A stretch of 64,000 bases of DNA, taken from NCBI RefSeq assembly GCF_902459465.1, contig NC_047075.1:558001-622000 (forward strand). Reading direction: 5' to 3'. The stretch comes from Asterias rubens. Taxonomy: Eukaryota. Of this stretch, positions 11,401 to 23,627 are shown one piece after another. Both the position numbers and the translations under genes were made by a program. The first letter of the stretch is position 1, and every line of letters begins with the position of its first letter. The notes below the pieces were generated by a model. The model was not told the DNA's origin. It saw nothing but the letters and a program-made list of their open reading frames with translations, and did no database searches.

Positions 11401-14400
11401 ACATGGTGCTACCGCAAACCTCACCTAACAAAAATGCAGATTGAAAACTATAAGAAGCTGTTGTAAACTGCTTAACAACCTAACTGAACTTCTAAAAACT
11501 AAAGGTATAATATAATAATAATAATAATAATGGGCATTTATAATGCGTCGGAACCATCTAAAGATGCTCATGACGCAGTGACATAATAAACGGGAAAGTT
11601 ATGAAGTCCTGATTAGGCGAGTCTTGAGGGAAGTTTTGAACAAAGCTATTGATCCGGCAAGTCGTTCCATAATGAAAGGGCAACAGAAGTAAATGATCTT
11701 TCACCCCATGATGTTTTGGCAAGAGTGTCCTTAAAAGATGTTTGTAATAAGATCGCATAGACTGGCGGTTGGAAATATGGGGTTGGAGTCCTTCTGAGAG
11801 ATATGGTGGTAAAGTGCTCTAACTTACACATATCTTCATGTTAGCGAGAACATTAACAATTTCCGGGTCTTCCAGTCTATTATGAGACATATCTACAACG
11901 CTAAGGTTGTCGCATCGCTCCAACTCCTGGATATCGGAAGCGGTCGTCAGACGATTGTGAGTAATCTGGAGGGTGTTCAACTTGGGAAGACAAGCTGAAA
12001 GAAATACACACAGACAATTCATTCACCTGTATAACAATAATAGTGGCTTCTTATACAGCAAGCATATCCATTCAGTCACTGACATTCATCAACATTCAGT
12101 ATTTTCCTGCAGCAAGGAACTCAATTGTGGAACTCAATTTTTGTATTATAAAACCTACTCCTTTTACACAGCACGATGTTATGGTTTACAAGGTACCATG
12201 ACACAATATGCTGCCAATCAAACCAGGAACACCGGGGCGAACCCCTTCTCTTTTCGATAAGTGCACTGGGCTCTATTATGTGCATTACACAATACACTAT
12301 AATGGCTTTACATCCCATCCAAAGGTCGAGGCATCGTGGTTAAGTGTCTAGCTTTTAAGGACACAAGTGTCCAACTGGGATTATGTTTAGAAGTTACAAA
12401 CAGATTACCAATCTAAGGGCCATGTCACACAAGGGAATGTACAATCAACCAGTTCATGACAATCTCCAAAAACAAAATCTATTCACATTTGACAGTTCAC
12501 ATAATCTTAGGGATCGTACAACAATGTTATTAAAATACTTGTGTGCTACCAAAGTGGTTCAGTAGCAAGAACCGCAGATGGTTGCCTTTATTAAGTTGCC
12601 TGTAAAAAATGCCTCATGTGACAAGACCCTTAGATGTTGCAGTTTCAGCATGGACTTTTGGATTGGTTAACAAGGGAGAGGTCAAGAGTCAACAGGTTAA
12701 ACAATACCTAAGTTCTCAATCTTGTCAATGTGGTTGTGACTGAGGTTCAAGGTGTCCAGTTTCTGCATAGACTCCAGGTTTTGAATCCCTTTGAGTACGT
12801 TCTGCTGTAGGTACAAACATCGCATCTCCGTTTGATTCTCAAAGTTCTCAATGACACGGATTCCGTTGCATTCCAAGTAGAGGGCCTTCAAACCGGTGTA
12901 CTTGTCAAGATTCTCAATCTTGATATATCCTACAAGAAAAAAAATGGGGAAAATAATAATAATGATCGGTTTTTACATAGCGCTTTACACACCCTGAAGG
13001 GTGTCTCAAAGCGCTTCCACATTATAACCCCTGGTCACTGGGCCTTAATTCTTTCCTTAAACCATCTCAGCTCCCTGGAAAGTATACAGCCTGTGCAGCC
13101 AAATATGTAGCGCAAGAAGCTAGATCAATTACAAGAACAAACTCTGCCCTCACAGGTACCCATTTACCCCTGGGTGGAGAGAAGCAATTATAGTAAAGTG
13201 TCTTGCTCAAGGACACAAGTGTCACGACCAGGATTCGAACCCACACTCTGCTGAACAGAAACACCAGACGCAGAAACATATCCGCCCAAGGGGTGCTCAA
13301 CGCGCTAACAAGAAGAAAAGATAATTAACAATCAATGGTAATTAAAAGGTGTGTCTTCAGTTTGGTCTTGAAACCATCAGCAGTTCCTCATGTCTTCACT
13401 GAGTTGGGAAGTTTGTTCCACAAGCAAGGGGCGGCAGGAGCTAATGCTTGATCACCCCATGATCTTTTTCGATTTCGGGACTGCTAGAAATCACTGGAGA
13501 CCGGAGACCTGAGCGAGACAGCTCAGCTTATCCAGTTCTTGTTCAAGCTTCCTGTTCGATTACCACTGAGCCAAGCCCAACAACCAATCTTCAAGAAGGC
13601 ATTATCTATCAACAGAGTCGAGCATTCTCTTGAAGATGATCAGAGCACACTGATCGAAATGTTGAGTTTGTCAACCGCGGGTCAACACTACTCAAAAGAG
13701 ATTTTTTACATGGTGCTACCGCAAACCTCACTTGATTATAATCACACCAAGGTTTCAAATCCTACTTACCTTTGTAGTGAAGGTACAAGACGTCATTAAG
13801 CTCTGGTGTACGGTAGAGTTTGTGTTGCTTACAATGCTGCTGCAGAGACTTCACTGTTATCCTAGGTATAGATGAGATTTAGGATCAGGGGTAAGAGTCA
13901 TGTCTGCCAAAACAAGTCTGAAGTTGAGATCCAGGGCCCAGCTTCATAACACTGCTTTAAGTGTGAGCGTTTTTGTGCTAACTATAGCAAACAAATTTGC
14001 GTAAGTGTATAATAAATAAATAAATAGTAAGTGTATTTCTCAGGTAAGCAAGAAAACTAGCCATTGTGTACATTACCAGGGCCTAATTTCATAGAGCTGC
14101 TAAGCACAAAAATTTGCTTAGCATCAAATGTTTGCCTTGATAAAAACAGGATTACCAACCAAATTTCCACATGATTTTCAGGATAAGCAAACAGCTGAAT
14201 ACCAGTAACAAGCAACATGCAACAAACGGAAATTTGGTTGATAAATCATGTTTTTATCAAGGAAGAGATTTTATGCTAAGCAAATTTTTGTGCTTAGCAG
14301 CTCTATGAAGTTGGGCCCAGGCCTTGAACTTTGCTCTTGGAGAGTCACAGCAATTTCCCTAAGGAAGGAAAATATTAATTTGTATCGAAACCTTGAAGAG

Positions 14401-15962
14401 GGTACGCCAGCAAAAGCACAGGGCACCACGGCAATTGTTGTTGGTGCAGGGGTCGATTTCACAAAGAGTTCAGACAAGTCTTATCTCGAGTTACAAGTCC
14501 TAACTTAGGACTAGCTATACGTTTTTGATATCTCCTAGGACTAGTCCTAAGTTAGGACTCTTTGTGAAATCGACCCCTGTTGGTTATATCAAGGCCTGTT
14601 CTTAAGATCTCCAGAGGATGATAGATATAAAAAAGATACCTTGGGTAGCCATCCAAATTCTCTTCTTTCTTAGGAGTTTCTTGAGTGATCTCTTTAGATT
14701 CCACGTTGACGTCTGAAGATTGTAATTCTACTCCTTTCAAATTCTCTCCCGATGAACTTTCTGTTATAAAGATCGAGTTACCAGTCGGTTTTTTCAGACT
14801 GACCTGAAAGAAATAAACAAAGACAAGTCAGTTTTATTCTTCTAAATATTCAGTCATCCTTAGTAGACCCAGTGACTGGGGCGCTAATTTTTTTTTTTTT
14901 CAAAATTTTGACATTATCAGCCATCTAGCCGATAATGTCAAAATTTCAATAAAGGAATCTAGCGCCCCAGTCACTGGGTCTACATCCATCAGAACTTCAT
15001 ATTGATCTTAGTAAGTAGTTTCTAAATTCATGGGAAAAGACTACAGTATCAGACATGGGCCAACTATTTCATAAAGCCTGTATAAGCACAAAAACTTGTT
15101 AAGCATAGACAATTCTTGCTTAGCAGCAACAGTTACCAGCCAACACTTCGTAAAGTTTACACTTTTGCGACTGGTGTCCTACTTATTTTTTGTTGAGCAA
15201 ATAAGTTTTTTCCGCTTAAAGGCAGTGGACACTATTGGAAATTGTTAAAGACTAGCCTTCACAGTTGGTGTATCTCAACATATGCATAAAATAACAAACC
15301 TGTGAAAATTTGAGCTCAATTGGTCATCGAACTTGCGAGATAATAATGAAAGAAAAAAACACCCTTGTCACACGAAGTTGTGTGCGTTTAGATGGTTGAT
15401 TTCGAGACCTCAAGTTCTAAATCTGAGGTCTCTTAATCAAAATTACTTCTTTCTCAAAAACTATGGCACTTCAGAGGGAGCCGTTTCTCACAATGTTTTA
15501 TATCATCAACCTCTCCCCATTACTCGTCACCAAGAAAGGTTTTATGCGTATAATTATTTTGAGTAATTACCAATAGTGTCCACTGCCTTTAACTGGTTTA
15601 TGAAATTGGGCCCTTCTGCCCTGAAATCACACAGAATAGCCTTTGAGGTCAAGGCCTCTATTGCCCTAGTCTTGGCCTCGGTGCCCCTTCAGAAGGTTCC
15701 CATCAACTTCAAGTTCTTAAAATACTAGTGCCCTTAATGAAAATGGCCTTGCCTTAAAGCCTAAACTCCTGGCCTGGGCCTGCATTATTATTACACAAAA
15801 TCAAAAGATGCTGTTTCAAATTACCTTTCCTGGAGAAACATTTTCCGGCTGCAGATCTAGGGGATGGTCCCCAAGAGGAGGCGGATTATCGTCGGAGGTC
15901 ACTGGCTGAGGGTAAGAGGTCACTGGTGGTGGGTCATCAGGTAACTCAACGATCACCGGCAT
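2459..15962 (-). CDS. DNAAF1: Dynein axonemal assembly factor 1 (LRRC50/ODA7 family), 12 coding exons, 616 aa
   Basis: Exons 15825-15962, 14640-14803, 13770-13861, 12708-12929, 11828-11994, 10948-11022, 10373-10437, 9480-9565, 6206-6394, 5603-5700, 4221-4692, 2459-2541. All are GT-AG and phase-consistent (1851 nt). Translation includes [21 protein letters not shown], LRRs ([28 protein letters not shown]) and RVLNLMGNP...NYRK...[20 protein letters not shown], typical of DNAAF1. Confidence 0.93.
5405..5575 (-). mobile_element. tRNA-derived SINE family 2
   Basis: Reverse complement matches the copy at about 50975-51125 (ggttcgaatcccacccgagtaatatgcctgtga...gtactgagtatacagtgctaacacacatc). Head-only copies at 54225-54440. 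Confidence 0.7.
6822..9515 (-). repeat. 69-bp tandem repeat (39 units) spanning the 3' end and donor site of DNAAF1 coding exon 8
   Basis: Minus-strand unit attaataatgaaagagcaaagatacaggccagcgttgatg|gtaagggttgccttagacatgtccgtctt. Donors run from 9479 to 6854 at 69-bp spacing, with one 3-nt insertion near 7807. Confidence 0.97.
9585..9770. repeat. Long palindrome (arms about 85 bp), probable non-autonomous DNA transposon remnant
   Basis: tgcaatggtgcgaatatgttcatgagttgaaagatggaatgttc ... ggcggagcc ... gaacattccagctttcaactcatgaacatttcgcaccattgca. Confidence 0.7.
11023..11440. repeat. Diverged ~210-bp tandem duplication including the DNAAF1 exon-6 acceptor region and an inverted-repeat element
   Basis: ctgcaatacaagaaaataca at 11023 and ctgaaatacaagaaaataca at 11233. 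Each unit has gtttgcagtagca...tgctaccgcaaac inverted repeats. Confidence 0.75.
11510..11815 (-). mobile_element. L2/CR1-type LINE 3' fragment
   Basis: Encodes [21 protein letters not shown], resembling the L2/CR1 ORF2 C-terminal motif, followed by a (ATT)n tail. Confidence 0.7.
12955..13267 (-). mobile_element. tRNA-derived SINE family 1 (CORE-like body)
   Basis: gtgtgggttcgaatcctggtcgtgacacttgtgtccttgagcaagacactttac...ctctccacccaggggtaaatgggtacctg. Same family at about 51993-52320 (+), 48270-48560 (-), 43250-43370 (-), 10770-10860 (+), 55770-55865 (+). Confidence 0.75.
13270..13560 (-). mobile_element. L2-type LINE 3' fragment
   Basis: Degenerate translation [38 protein letters not shown] plus an L2-like 3' UTR. 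Confidence 0.72.
14447..14579. mobile_element. MITE (TIR caggggtcgatttcacaaag)
   Basis: Clear inverted termini with internal ggactagtcc palindromes. Relatives at about 3983-4160, 25139-25307 and partial 16050. Confidence 0.75.
15220..15588. mobile_element. Kolobok-like MITE with TTAA TSD, nested in a family-A MITE
   Basis: TTAA|AGGCAGTGGACAC ... GTGTCCACTGCCT|TTAA. Same family at 58175-58553 and about 62150-62532. The superfamily call rests only on the TTAA TSD and RR...YY termini. Confidence 0.72.
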
Positions 15963-16647
15963 CTTGTAAAGTTCACTGCTTCTAAAAATTAATTGAAAAA
16001 TTGTGTTACTACACACAATGCACTGCTTATGCTTCACTTAGTTACCTGGGGTGGGTTTCACAAAGGTAGTCCTAACTTACTCCTAGAACTATTTGGGTTT
16101 CGTCCGGCTATCGTCCTCGTAACCTCATATAGGTTTACATCTCTCACGCGTTTAACGATCATGGTTCAATCATTGTTCAATGAATTTTATTTAAATCTCG
16201 CCAAAATTAGGCTCTATGTGTCCTTTGATATCGCAATGTCCGAGGGGGCGACCACAGAACCCACTCCGCAATCTCAAAAAATGTGAAAAGTTATAAATTC
16301 TTACCGTCAGCCCATTAAGTATTTTTTGCCCTTTTTTGATAGCGCCCTCTATGATTTCACCTCATTCACAATCAGCAGCCCATTCATTGACAATCACATT
16401 TAATTTTCCTACCTAAAATGGGGGACAGAATCTCTGGGGGGACAGAGTCTCTGGGGGACTAATTTTTCTTTTTTAAGGGACCAGGTAGGCCTACCAACAA
16501 ATACTTTGCAACTGTTAATTGCCCCACCCCAGTCTAAGTTGCCAAAATACATCAAATAATAACAGTACAAAGTGTAATTTATCACAATATATGCCTTCTT
16601 GCGCAAGTTTCCTTCTAAAAAGTCAAATTTGTCACACCTTTACTTAC

Positions 16648-16720
16648 TCCGTTCTGTCCAGAAAAATCTCACACTTTCTGCTGATGTCAAAACAACTCGA
16701 CGTGATGGCGCCCTAGCAAC
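16648..16720 (-). promoter_or_regulatory. Candidate DNAAF1 non-coding first exon with adjacent RFX X-box-like motif
   Basis: Donor cgga|gtaagt at 16647; GTTGCTAGGGCGCC at 16707-16720 (strong half X-box). The ATG exon is preceded by an acceptor near 15979, so an upstream exon is expected. Confidence 0.5.
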
Positions 16721-16867
16721 GTTAATGAATTAATTTGGACTGTTCTGTGAAATTCTTGTCTGGCATGCATGAAACATAAAACAGTCGTCGTAAGAAATTG
16801 TTTGTCGGTGTCAAAAGGTGGCGCCGTTGCACTTTCCTCCTACTGCAGACCATTAAATTTACATGCT

Positions 16868-17270
16868 GTGGGATCCGTGTTATGGCAATATTCCTGTACC
16901 CACTGCTTTGTGCGCAGTATGGGCCTTGGTGGACCCGTGATATGGCAATATTCCTGTACCCATTGCTTGTGCACAGTATATGAGAAGACAGACCGTTACA
17001 GTTGCGTGCTGTGGACCCGGGATATGGCAATATTCCTGTACCCATTGCTTGTGCACAGTATATGAGAAGACAGACCGTTACAGTTGCGTGCTGTGGACCC
17101 GGGATATGGCAATATTCCTGTACCCATTGCTTGTGCACAGTATATGAGAAGACAGACCGTTACATTTACGTGCTGTGGACCCGTGATATGGCAATATTCC
17201 TGTACCCGTTGCTTTGTGCACAGTGTGCTGAAAGCAATGGGCACAGGAATAACGCCATATCATTGGTCCA
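16868..17270. repeat. 82-bp tandem repeat (about 4 units) ending in an inverted copy of its core
   Basis: Core ggacccgtgatatggcaatattcctgtacccattgc near 16870, 16932, 17014, 17096, 17178; inverted copy gcaatgggcacaggaataacgccatatcattggtcca at about 17234-17270. Confidence 0.85.
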
Positions 17271-17580
17271 TCACTGCTCACTATATAAATAACGTGGGTC
17301 ATCGTTTTTTAGCAGGACCGTTAGGATTGCATAGCGCCCTCAACTGTGAGATACAATAATGCCTATTCTAATGTCTGTGAGACATGTTGACATCTTGGGA
17401 CCAAGACTAACTGCACAAAACTTGGCACACCACAAATTTAAAAGCCCGCCCCCAACAAAGCTCTACGGACGGTAAGACTGTGGTATAATATTCACGCCGA
17501 CTGGATCAAAGTCTAAAATCATTCGCCATTTTTTTTCTCGGCAATAAACCAGCTAGGTCAAGAAAAACAATTTTGTAAAA

Positions 17581-18889
17581 ATGAGTGGGGAAATGACCAT
17601 GAAGAAAACGGTTGAACAGCTCAGGCGAGAAGCTGGTGTGGATAGAATGAAGGTTTCTCAAGCTGCCGAAGAGTAAGTTTAAACTTTGAGCAAAAAGTGG
17701 CAGGGAACATAGAAAGGGCTTGTGTATTTCATTAATTAAAACATTTTTGTTTAGGAAAGACAGGTCGACCTCATTTTTGTGTAGGAAAGACAGGTCGACC
17801 TTCACAATTGAATATCTGCTTGATTGCTTGGTGGAGAGCCGTACTTTTTTATTTTTTATTTAGATGATCTTTCTGTCAAGGGAACCCGGCAAAGTACCAC
17901 GTTATATCTGGATAACTTTCCGTATGGCGCCACCACTTTTTCACTCAGTTTTACTAAAACTTTATAAAAGGGATATCTCATTCCACATTGTTGAGGTAAA
18001 TAAATTATTAAATTTAGAATTTCAAAACTAGTACTAGCTACTATTACTAGGCCCATTATTATTTCATAATCATAGCGAATGAAAAAGTGGTGGCACCATA
18101 CGGAAACTTTTCCTTTTATCTACATAAGTGTAACGTCTAACGACGAAACAAATTAATTAAAAACAAGCGGGGGGAGGGGGGGGCGGCGTAATTTGATAAT
18201 AATAACATATAGGTATCTTGTATAATGATATTGTTTGTTCTGACTAGGCCTAACAACATTAAAAACAAGTGCGTAGGATCAATTTGGAAACTGATGCAAC
18301 CCAAACTGTTGGTCATTCATTGGCATACAAATTATAATTAATAATAATAATAAAGAATATTTATAGGGCGCCAAAATCCACCAAAATGAGGTGCTCAAGG
18401 CGCACAGGAGGGGGAACCACACACAGCAAGGAAAATAAGACAAATAGACCAATTAGGCGAGATTAAACAGTGTGGTTTTCAACTTAACCTTGAAAGCACT
18501 GGTTTTACTTCACTATAAATATCATACACACAGGAAATCTTAACTTGATATATAGATGAACTCCATATTGAATTTTTGGTAATTAAAGTCAACCGGACAT
18601 AAGTGGCAATGACATCGCAGACGTTAGGCATCGGCTCCTCTCAAAGATAAACTTCCACTGGGATTAATCAGCTCAATCAAATGTCTACAAATAAAACATT
18701 TTTCTTTTTGTGACAAAAAATACCCTATTCTGACAGAGAAGTGAATGTTGATGATTGACTGTTCTTTGTTTACTTTATTGTAGCTTGCAGCAGTACTGTG
18801 AGAACAATGCCAACAACGATGCTCTGCTTACCGGTGTATACTTAACTGGTAACCCCTTCAAAGACAAGAAAGGCTGCACCATCATCTGA
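17581..18889 (+). CDS. GNG: Heterotrimeric G-protein gamma subunit, 2 coding exons, 65 aa
   Basis: Exons 17581-17672 and 18784-18889 give MSGEMTMKKTVEQLRREAGVDRMKVSQAAEDLQQYCENNANNDALLTGVYLTGNPFKDKKGCTII, a GGL pattern (VEQLR.E...R.KVS.AA.DL..YC, NPF) with a CaaX end. Not in the ORF track. The specific paralog cannot be assigned. Confidence 0.92.
17915..18110. mobile_element. MITE (TIR ttccgtatggcgccaccactttttca)
   Basis: Inverted termini; copies at about 38867-39005 and 61465-61612. Confidence 0.75.
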
Positions 18890-19004
18890 CTTTACAGGTA
18901 TTTTATTTACCGTTTTATGAGACCTTAAAATTTCCCTCTCTGTATTGATGCACTCTAGCTCTCATGACCAACTAGCCTTTTCATGTAATGATAAGAGGTT
19001 TGGT

Positions 19005-19270
19005 TTACAAAGAACACCAGACACTTTGGCATCTCGCAAACTCGAAGACACCTTGCAAACTCGAAGACACCTTGTAAACTCGGCACAAAGAATGGTGATA
19101 CTATACGAACTCGGCACCTGCCTATTTTCGACTAACAAACTCGGCACCCAAACAATCATTGACTATCTGTTTGCTGGATGGGGTCACTTTGTATTTGTGC
19201 ATGTGCAAAGTTTGTGGGTGCCGAGTTTGTTGGTGCCGAGTTTGCAAGGTGCCAAAGTGACCGGTACCCT
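19005..19270. repeat. Foldback-like element with tandem caaactcg(aag/gc)ac subrepeats
   Basis: Left caaactcgaagacacc and aaactcggcac repeats are mirrored by gtgccgagtttg repeats on the right. Confidence 0.6.
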
Positions 19271-21717
19271 TTACAAACCCCTGAACAACTAATTTTAAAG
19301 CATTGTTGTTTTATACTTTCAGATGAAATGCTGTTATAAACATAATCACCTGGATAACCATGGAAAAGTGTAAACTCTCTCAGCACCAGTCATTATATTT
19401 AAGACAAAGAAAGAAATCTTGCCAAACTGTGCATCCCATCCAACCTATCTACACTCCAAACAAAGGACCGAAGCTCAAACTTGCTTATGATCATGAATCA
19501 TCAAAATATGTTCCAGATAAGGCCACACAATATTTTCTTGTATCATCCATAGCTTTGTTCAGCGTGTTTTTTAGTCGACACAAATCAAAGCACTGTAACA
19601 CATGATGCCATCGAAAAAAATAAGTGTGTTGAAATTAAATTAATATTTTCAAGGCTGAGAACTATTGGCAGTTTTCTATGTTCAAGTTATAAACCACACC
19701 TATTTATGTTATGTTTTGAAAAGTTGCAATATTTATCATGTTTTTTTTAACATTGTTTGTGTTAGTAAAGTTGTGTTTAGAACTGTCCAACTGAAATAGA
19801 AAAACCCTGGTGGTAAACTTCTAAAATTCACATCGGAAATAATATTTGACTGTGCTTAGCACCGTTTGGTGCTTACAGGCTTTATGAATGTAGGCCCTGT
19901 ACCCCTTTCAAGTTTTAACTCGAGAGTTGAGACTCGTTCAATGTCCAATGTCATAGTGTTCACACATTAGTTTTGTTATTAGAATCAGTGCATAATGGAC
20001 TAACAAGGTAAATCCTCCAAAGCAAAACTCTTGATCATCCTTCTGGCCTTTTATACTAAGCCTCATAATGGTCAACTGACCATGACCTGGGTCACCTAAC
20101 AAGCCATACCATTTCCTCCATTTGTCCTTGTAAACTGGCAAATGAAACATTGACAACTCTATAGTGCAATGCAATAAAAAAGCCACTACTTTTTATCACA
20201 GGAAAGCATGTACATGTATTACTGTTCCATAATAAAGTCAGTGACTGCTTCATATTCCGACAGCCCTATGTTCCGACACCCCTAGGTTCCTTCAACCCTG
20301 ACATCTGATAATTTCTATTCAAATATCGCAAAGGACATCCCTGCAGGAATACACAATCTGAGAAGTGTTATCACAGTATTTGGGGCATAGAAACTGATCT
20401 ACATCACTTTGAAGTGAAATGTTTATCAAAATGTTTTATATCGGAAGCTGCCGTAGTCTTCGAACCAATAGTTTTTAACGCTAATAATTTTAAGAGTGAT
20501 TATCAAACAAAATTACATTCCCTTTTAACCAATCACGATTCAACAACCACAAACCATATTAAGCAATCATTCTTTTTTATTTTACAAGTTTTTAATTAAG
20601 CCGATCATTTTGTTCTATTAATATTAATTATTGAATCACTTTTTTTTTTAAATATCCTCTTATTATACCGAGATCAAAGAAAAATTGTGAAACCACTCCG
20701 TTATAATTAGGTTTAAAAATGCATACAAGTTTGTGTGTGCAGAGGTGGTAACATAAACCAAGTTATCTTAGTTAATAAATACATTAACTTGAGTTATAAA
20801 TAAACTGGTTTAAAGTGTTAAGTTAGCAATGAACTGTGTACTCTGATGATTTAAACCAGGTTTAACCTCTTCCCTTGTTGAGCTATGAACGTTAACCCAA
20901 CATCCAAAACTTGCTTAGCATTTCAGTTGCCAACAAATTTCATTGCTAACCGGCAAATGTCAGGTGGTGGTTTGTTTAAAACTTGTATGGACAGGGCCCA
21001 ACTCCATAAAGCCCATTAGCACAAAAACTTTTGCTTAGCAAAAATAGGTTAATAGCCAGAATACCATACCATTACAACTGCTGTGACTGGTACCCCAGTA
21101 ATTTCTTGCTAAGCTTAGAAGTTTGCTAAGCAGACTTTTTCTGCTTAACAGCTTTATGAAATTGGGCCAAGCTCAGAAACTATTGTGCCCTCTAACTGAG
21201 ACTAACACAAAAACTAGCGTCTCTAATCCAAGATTAAGCCAAAGAATAGGTCAGTTTTAAATAACTTGCTTCTTTCTAAAGACACTGTTTTGGTATTTCT
21301 TTAAAATCCCAGACAATGGACCATGGACAAATTAGAAAACATCTACCAACCAATCAAACAATGAAAGTACGCAAAACTCTCAGATAAATCGGGAAAATTC
21401 AGATGTGAGAGATGCAAATTCATAACGATCAAAATCTGCATAAAATTCATCAACAATATTTGTTAAGGTAAGTCATGTTAAATATATGTATGGGTTAAGA
21501 ATAGTCATTCAAAAATGCAATATTACAAAATACTGTGAACAGAAATGTACATTCTCAAAATAAAAACAGCCGACTTGAATCAAATCACTGCAGCCACTTA
21601 TAACATTTTGTAAGGTTTTTGTAAGGATTTTAAGGTAGAATCAAAAATGATTGAGCACCGAAGCCACAAGATGGGGAACTCAAGACGCCATTTTAGTAAG
21701 CACTTCTTTTAATACAA

Positions 21718-21880
21718 CTATACGCTTCTCTTAATATTTATGCATGGGGTACGTCACAATGCTAACCCAAAACGAGGCGATGGGCACAGCCACTGAGAGT
21801 GGTGGCGGACGTGCGCCCATAGCCTCATTTTGGGTAAGAATTATGACCTCATGCATAAATATTAAGAGAGGTGTATAGGT
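21718..21880. mobile_element. Palindromic MITE
   Basis: tatacgcttctcttaatatttatgcatg ... catgcataaatattaagagaggtgtata, arms about 60 bp. Confidence 0.65.
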
Positions 21881-23533
21881 TAGTGCAGACAAAGACCATT
21901 GCTATCAATGAATAACAAAACTTTTGCTTTCTGAAATATGTACTGGACACCATTTCAGTAAGCAACTCTTTTAATGCTTCTATAGATAAGAGTAGACAAT
22001 TACCATAGTATTAATGAATAACCAAATATTTGCTTGCTGAAATGGCGCCCATGAGTATTTCATGATGTCACACTCTCCAAAGCGCACGCACTGAAGCCAA
22101 AAAACGCCCTCACTAGGACCAAAGAAGGCAAATCATAGACATAGCTATTCTTTGTACATAAAAATGTGCGCGTAACCTCAGCGCCCCAGTAGCGTCTCTC
22201 TTTATGCGAAGGGTCTATAGATAAAGGTCCAGTTCCCCATCTTGTGACTTTGGCAATCTATAATCTTTGGGTAGAATGTACTATTTGTGCGACTTTTTTC
22301 TCCTAACCACTGCTTTAGTTTTCATCTAAGAATATTGCTGCTCTGGATTTGGCTAATTTCTGAAACAATATCTGGATACTTCCTGGGCCCAACTTCATAG
22401 AGCTGCTTAAGCTTGAAAGTTGCTTAGCACAACCAAATTATGCTTACCGGTAATACTTGCCAAACTACCATGTACAAATTGTGACTGGTATCCTACTTAT
22501 TTTTACTAAGCAAAAGAATGTTAAGCAATAATTTCTGCTTAGGCATCTCTATGAAATGGGACCTGGTCTAACATTTAGAATGCTGGTTTTTGGTAACTCT
22601 GGGCCAACTGCTTACAAAACTACTGCCCTAAATGCCCAGAATTCTGTGGCAAATGTCACCAACAAATTGGGCTCAAACCAGGAGCAAATGGCCCTGTATA
22701 CAGGGGGCGTAAGCGCAGAACTCCCTGGCCAATGACACCGTCAAATTGGGCTAAAATCAGGGCCAAATGGCAATGCATAACAATGAATTCCACGCTTACA
22801 GCACTCTGTTAAGCACAAGATTCTATGGGTCAAAAGGTCAGAACTCCATGGCAAACAGCACAATGAAAAATGCCTAAGATCAGCTTGTTTTGTCTGTGCA
22901 CGTGCCTTATAACCATAGTATAAAAAACCCAAAATAACTAATGAATATTAAAACTACTTTTTTGTATAATACTATAATACAGTCACATTTACATAAGGAT
23001 AATGAAAACATCAGAGAAAAAGAGAAGATATATTAGTTGCCATGGAGATATATAAATTCATTGTTAACATATCAGCTGTTGTTGGAAGAAAACAATTCAT
23101 TTTATCGGAGCATCTTTTTCCCGTCTTTGACGCAATTTCATATGGCTGCTTAAAACAGTAACTTTCAAAGCTATGAAAAACTCTTGCTTAAAAAAAACAG
23201 GCTACCAGCCAAAATGTCATACAATGTACATATACTTTTGGCTGGTTCTCTGCTGGTGCATAGTTAATGCAATATTTTCCATCTGAAATCGGGATTTTGT
23301 ATCTTAAACGACATGTTAGTAGATTAATCCATTAAAGGTAGGGTCATATGCCGTGTTAGCATTGGATTTAAAATGGTCAACTTAAAAGTTAACTTACCGA
23401 GCCGGTTAATTACCATGCCCAAAAGTCCAATGCTAACACGGCTATAGATTGGTAAACACACTGCTTGGTAGAAACACTGCAGCAGTGCTTCTTACCAATT
23501 TTTTTTTTTTTCGGTCATTAATTTTTAGAGTAA

Positions 23534-23627
23534 AGGCCGACTCACACTGCAGCGATAACGAAAACGATAACGATAACGCATTTTTAACCTTCTCGCTCTC
23601 GTTATCAAGGCCTGTGTGACCGGGCCT
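23534..23627. mobile_element. Harbinger/PIF-like MITE (TAA TSD), internally deleted
   Basis: taa|aggccgactcacactgcagcg ... gtgaccgggcct|taa. A fuller copy lies at 57995-58171. Confidence 0.6.

Noticed and set aside
16868-17270. CRISPR-like array (37-bp core plus spacers)
   Set aside because: The spacers are themselves near-identical repeats, there are no cas genes, and the context is eukaryotic.
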